Assembly (NCBI GenBank): GCA_049700215.1
Contig: JBNAVT010000016.1
Span: forward strand, 1-19,751
DNA: 19,751 nucleotides
Direction: 5' to 3'
Source of the DNA: Thermoproteota archaeon
Lineage (GTDB): Archaea; Thermoproteota; EX4484-205; JAAOZP01
Part shown: piece after piece, positions 15,948 to 19,751 of the stretch
Position numbering within the stretch: position 1 is the stretch's first letter
Layout of the letters: each line of letters opens with the position of its first letter
Translations under genes and position numbers: made by a program
The notes under the pieces: model-generated
Database searches by the model: none
What the model was told of the DNA's origin: nothing
What the model saw: only the letters and a program-made list of their open reading frames with translations

Positions 15948-16071
15948 GCCCACCCTAAGCCTGTAGACACTCCTTTTTAAACATAGCCCTTCAACCGCAT
16001 CTGCTTAAAAAAAGGCGGGAATGCCTTGAAAGCACCGTTTTAAAGCTTTTTAAAACTTAAATCTATAAACG

Positions 16072-16512
16072 ATGAAATTATTCAGATGGAAAATGGTTTC
16101 CTGGGGAAGAGCGTTTAAAGCAGCACTCGTCCTCTTAGCTTTCACAATACTCTGGGGGATCGTTGGGGGCATCATCATTATAGCCGGAACCTTTTTCGGC
16201 GCGCTGGGAGCAGTGCGCATGATATCTGAGCCGCCCTACATCGATGTGAATTGGAGCGCCGTAGGAGTCATCATCATAATATGGATAATCGGCTTCCTAG
16301 TATCGTTCCTCGGAACATGGGCATCCGCCTTCAGGATTTCCACTAAGCTCGCGATAGAGGAAATGAGGAAGACAATGCCGGTTGCAGGCGCGTCTCCTCC
16401 CACTCAAGCGGAGGGCGCTCCCGCGCCGACATGCCCCAAGTGCGGAACCCCTTTAATATACGTGCAGCAGTACCAGAGGTGGTACTGCCCAAACTGCAGG
16501 GAGTACCAGTAG
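16072..16512 (+). CDS. Two-TM membrane protein with a C-terminal zinc ribbon
   Basis: Two long hydrophobic helices, a P/A-rich linker, then CPKCGTPLIYVQQYQRWYCPNC. Alternative start is ATG 16093. Confidence 0.82.
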   Translation: MKLFRWKMVSWGRAFKAALVLLAFTILWGIVGGIIIIAGTFFGALGAVRMISEPPYIDVNWSAVGVIIIIWIIGFLVSFLGTWASAFRISTKLAIEEMRKTMPVAGASPPTQAEGAPAPTCPKCGTPLIYVQQYQRWYCPNCREYQ

Positions 16513-16981
16513 GTGGCTTAATTCTTTTCAGGCATATCGCGAATAACTCGGCTTCCTTAAGCTCCTTCTCACCTGGTTTACCCTTGTTGATTCCACCGAA
16601 CGGTTTAACCCATAGCGTGTAAGTGTCCCAGCCCCTGCAGTTGAACTCGCCCAGGATCCTGAAGCCCTTGGCCAGGAGGCTGTTTCTCAGAGGCCTGTCG
16701 AAATCATGTATAAGCCTTATCTTCCTTAATCCGCTTGTGGAGAAGATGAATGCTCCCCTGCCGTTTTGACTCGGAAGCCTGTCGACAAGGCTGAAAAGGC
16801 TCGGGTGATGCTTTCCAAAGTATATGCCGGAGCCGAATCCGATTAAATCATATTTGCGGACATCGCTGGCACCCACTTCTTCCGGCTTAGCTATGTCTGC
16901 TTCCAACACGCTTGCAATAGCCTTAGCAATCTTCTCAGTGTTACCGTGGTGTATGGAGACGTATACGATGAGGGTTTTCAT
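16343..16981 (-). CDS. Flavodoxin family protein (3' end probably frameshifted; natural stop likely at 16518-16520)
   Basis: IVYVSIHHGNTEKIA FMN loop, YDLIGFGSGIY, FSTSG, GEFNCRG and GGINKGKP. The last ~58 aa are antisense to the neighbouring gene and look non-coding. Confidence 0.88.
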   Translation of the reverse strand: MKTLIVYVSIHHGNTEKIAKAIASVLEADIAKPEEVGASDVRKYDLIGFGSGIYFGKHHPSLFSLVDRLPSQNGRGAFIFSTSGLRKIRLIHDFDRPLRNSLLAKGFRILGEFNCRGWDTYTLWVKPFGGINKGKPGEKELKEAELFAICLKRIKPPTGTPCSLGSTTSGTAARILKGFRTWGMSARERPPLEWEETRLQPALSSSFPLSRA

Positions 16982-17013
16982 CGCGCACGCTTCAATATTC
17001 TATACCCATACTG

Positions 17014-17838
17014 TTAAGGCATGAATTGCTCAAGGAACTTTTTCGCCACCAGCAGGCCTTCCTTATACTCGTAGAACGGATCCTCGTGCTCAATGCTTAA
17101 AGCATAATCATACTTGTGTTTCTTAAGAATAGTTATGAAGTCAGCCCAGTCTAGCTCGCCGAAGCCTGGAAGCCTGTGCGGACACCATCCTTCGCTCCGT
17201 ATCCCGTTTTCCGCAACCCTGTCCCAGAGTATTTGAGCATCCTTGACGTGAGTATGGTATATTCTGTCTCCAAACTCGTCAGCAGCCCTGACCGCGTCTA
17301 TCATCTGGCAGATCAGATGGCTAGGGTCGAACTCTAGGCCCAGGTTCCTAGACGGGATTGCTTCAAATATTCTCCTCCAGATGTCGGGCCTGTAGGCAAT
17401 GTTCCCAGGACAGTTTTCAATAGCTATCCTGATCCCCCGGTCCTCGGCAAGGTTTATTATTTCAGGCCAGGTTTTCCCAATCTCCCTAATATTGTCCTCA
17501 ACGCTCCCAGGGTAGAGCCCAATCCAGCCGGTTACAACCGGAACCTCTATCCTGTAAGCCGCCTCTATGAGATCCTTGAAAAACCCTTTAGCAACCCGCC
17601 TGTTCTCCTCCACAGGGTCAATCGGGTTCCCGTAGAAGCCTATTGCGGAGACTATTACCTTCGACGAGCTTAAAACATCCTTGACCACCCTAGGGTTTGA
17701 AACAACCTCCTTAACTTTGAAGAAACTGCTTCCTGGACCCGTTCCTATAGAGATGGATTTGAAGCCTTTAGCCTCAGCCCATTCAAGAGTCTTCCTCAAA
17801 TCCCCCAGCTGCCCGCTTGTTAGGAACCCTATGAACAT
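17014..17838 (-). CDS. Sugar phosphate isomerase/epimerase (xylose isomerase-like TIM barrel)
   Basis: Metal-ligand motifs AIENCP, LEFDPSHL, HTHVKD and SIEHED; also RLPGFGELDW. Confidence 0.9.
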   Translation of the reverse strand: MFIGFLTSGQLGDLRKTLEWAEAKGFKSISIGTGPGSSFFKVKEVVSNPRVVKDVLSSSKVIVSAIGFYGNPIDPVEENRRVAKGFFKDLIEAAYRIEVPVVTGWIGLYPGSVEDNIREIGKTWPEIINLAEDRGIRIAIENCPGNIAYRPDIWRRIFEAIPSRNLGLEFDPSHLICQMIDAVRAADEFGDRIYHTHVKDAQILWDRVAENGIRSEGWCPHRLPGFGELDWADFITILKKHKYDYALSIEHEDPFYEYKEGLLVAKKFLEQFMP

Positions 17839-18056
17839 TTCCTGTCGAAAAGAAAGTGTAACCCGGCTTATAAGCCTTGTCTCCTGAAAGATTAATCAGG
17901 ATTCTTCCTAGTGGAAAGCGCGCGCTAGGCTAAAAGCCCGTGTTACTCCACCAAGCCTCCCACTTACGGCGGAAACCTTTCTCAGTAGCGTCTCAGGCTG
18001 GTCATCAAGCGTGTGTGAAGAGAAACATTTTTAGCATATGACTACGTGTTTAAAAC

Positions 18057-18890
18057 ATGCCCAAGTACAGGATTGGTACCTCTACCTACAGTTTCTGGCA
18101 TTTCCTTCCCGAGAAAGTCCCCATAGAACTCGTAATGGAGAAATCGCGGGAGCTCGACCTTGACGGGGTTGAAATACTTCACGTGCAGATGGAGAGCGAA
18201 AGCGACAGTTACATAAACAATTTAAAAAGCTTGGCGTTAAGCCTTGGTCTGGATATTTATGGTCTTGCAATACATCAGAATTTCGTGAAGCCAAGCGGAG
18301 AACAGAGGGAAAAAGAAATAGAACATACTAAGCGATGCCTAGAGATCGCCTATAAACTCGGTGCTCCAGCTATCAGATTGAATTCCGGACGCTGGGGGAC
18401 GATAAGGAGTTTCGACGAGCTGATGGCAAACAAGGGGAGGGAACCGCCTATTCCAGGCTACACCGACGAGGATGCGCTTAAATGGGTAGTGGAATCCATA
18501 GAGAAATGCCTGCCTGTTGCAGAGAGCTTGGGGGTGGTAATGGCTTTGGAGAATCACTGGGGGTTGACGGCTACGCCTGAAGGAGTTGTGAAAATAGTTG
18601 AGAGCGTCAACTCGAAATGGCTGAAGGTTCTGATGGATACTGGAAACTTCATCGAGGACACGTATAACAGCCTGAGGAAAATAGCGCCCCATACGGTTCT
18701 GGTTCACGTGAAAACCTACTATGGTGGAGGAGTATGGTATGAGCTGGACATAGATTACTCAAGAGTATTTGAAATTCTCAGGGAAGCCGGATACCGGGGG
18801 TATCTTTCAATAGAGTTTGAAGGAAAGGAGGATGCGGTTTCCGGAGTGTCTAGGACGAGGAAAATGCTGCTTGAACACATGGATGAGTAA
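18057..18890 (+). CDS. Sugar phosphate isomerase/epimerase (xylose isomerase-like TIM barrel)
   Basis: STYSF, DGVEIL, ALENHWG, MDTGNF, VHVK and GYRGYLSIEFEG. Confidence 0.9.
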   Translation: MPKYRIGTSTYSFWHFLPEKVPIELVMEKSRELDLDGVEILHVQMESESDSYINNLKSLALSLGLDIYGLAIHQNFVKPSGEQREKEIEHTKRCLEIAYKLGAPAIRLNSGRWGTIRSFDELMANKGREPPIPGYTDEDALKWVVESIEKCLPVAESLGVVMALENHWGLTATPEGVVKIVESVNSKWLKVLMDTGNFIEDTYNSLRKIAPHTVLVHVKTYYGGGVWYELDIDYSRVFEILREAGYRGYLSIEFEGKEDAVSGVSRTRKMLLEHMDE

Positions 18891-18945
18891 AACAGTGTTT
18901 TAAAGCCTGTGAAAACATTTTTGCCGGGGACGCGTATGCCTCCAC

Positions 18946-19671
18946 ATGGCTAGATCGAAGCAGGAGCTGCGCGAGGAAGTATGGAGAAGGATGGAGGAGC
19001 TTCACGTAACCCGTTTCCCAGGCGCGTTCGGGAGAATCCCTAACTTTGCGGGTGCTGAAAAAGCAGCCTTAAAGCTTACCCGGCTTGAAGAATGGAGGGG
19101 TATCAACGTGGTTAAGGTTAACCCTGACTCTCCTCAGGCACCTGTTAGAAGACTGGCGCTTCTAAACAATATTACGGTAATAATGCCTACTCCAAGGCTT
19201 AGAGAGGGTTTCCTGCTTCTCGACCCTCGAAGGATAGACGCGAGGGACTATGGTTTCGCCTCAACGATTAAGGGTGCGTTCACTCAAGGTAGAAAGATCG
19301 AGTTGACTGACCTGCCAAAAATCGACCTCGTGGTAGTCGGCAGCGTGGTTGTCAACGAGCAGGGGGAGAGAATAGGCAAGGGTGGAGGGTATTCGGAGAT
19401 AGAGTGGGCTGTTGCAAGAGAGCTCGGCAAGGTTGACGAGAACACTCCCATAGTGACCACTGTGCACGATGTTCAGCTGGCAAAAGAATTCTTCGAGGTT
19501 GCACCGTACGACTTACCGTTGGACTGTGTTGTGACCCCCACGAGAATCCTTAGGGTTAGAAGAACCAGGGAGAAGCCTAAAGGCATCTATTGGAGTCTTA
19601 TTCAGCCTGAGAAGATTAGGGAGATTCCTGTTCTCCAAGAAATGTTTAAGCGTGAAAAACTTAATAGATGA
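18946..19671 (+). CDS. 5-formyltetrahydrofolate cyclo-ligase-like protein (COG0212 archaeal paralog)
   Basis: KQELRE.VW, GRIPNFAGA, KVNPDSPQ, PTPRL, RIGKGGGYSEIEW, TTVHDVQ and DLPLD.VVTP. Confidence 0.92.
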   Translation: MARSKQELREEVWRRMEELHVTRFPGAFGRIPNFAGAEKAALKLTRLEEWRGINVVKVNPDSPQAPVRRLALLNNITVIMPTPRLREGFLLLDPRRIDARDYGFASTIKGAFTQGRKIELTDLPKIDLVVVGSVVVNEQGERIGKGGGYSEIEWAVARELGKVDENTPIVTTVHDVQLAKEFFEVAPYDLPLDCVVTPTRILRVRRTREKPKGIYWSLIQPEKIREIPVLQEMFKREKLNR

Positions 19672-19689
19672 TTCAACGCTAGAAAGTGT

Positions 19690-19751
19690 ATGTCATACGG
19701 TTATTTTGACGATGAGGCGCGCGAATACGTTATTACAAGGCCCGACACGCC
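19690..19751 (+). CDS. GH94 cellobiose/chitobiose phosphorylase-like protein (N-terminus only)
   Basis: MSYGYFDDEAREYVITRPDTP matches the characteristic GH94 N-terminus MxYGYFDxxxREYVITRPxxPxPW. Only about 20 codons are visible. Confidence 0.8.
   Translation, partial: MSYGYFDDEAREYVITRPDT

Noticed and set aside
17982-18008. Possible C/D-box sRNA on the minus strand (TGATGA...CTGA...CTGA)
   Set aside because: Box spacing does not fit the roughly 12-nt guides, and there is no second C'/D pair.
1-19751. CRISPR array, tRNA/rRNA, transposase, integrase or provirus around the primase-like gene
   Set aside because: I saw no regularly spaced repeats, cloverleafs, att-like direct repeats or mobility genes; the flanking genes are ordinary metabolic genes.

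Overview
Gene-dense archaeal chromosomal window. The archaeal call rests on TATA-box-like promoters about 25-35 nt upstream of starts, GGTGA/GGAGG ribosome-binding sites, frequent TTG starts, a short archaeal-type HflX and a COG0212 gene. The sugar-catabolic content would fit a thermophilic heterotrophic TACK lineage such as Brockarchaeota or Bathyarchaeia, but that is inference only. About 19 genes: a partial bactofilin-like beta-helix protein, GPH/MFS sugar transporter, archaeo-eukaryotic primase (AEP)-like protein fused to an unknown C-terminal domain, split Yip1 glycoprotein, RimK/LysX-like ATP-grasp ligase coupled to rpe, MgtA P-type ATPase, HflX, a methyltransferase interrupted by an in-frame TAA, GH42-like glycoside hydrolase, aldo/keto reductase, Fe/Mn SOD, an unlisted 48-aa CxxC-x17-CxxC protein, zinc-ribbon membrane protein, flavodoxin with a probable terminal frameshift, two sugar-phosphate isomerase TIM barrels, a 5-FCL-like protein and the start of a GH94 phosphorylase. 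I found no rRNA, tRNA, CRISPR array or mobile element. The best leads are the stand-alone AEP fusion, the ATP-grasp with a 75-aa active-site insertion, the bactofilin-like repeat protein, and two candidate structured RNAs (upstream of mgtA and in the leader of the small zinc-finger gene).
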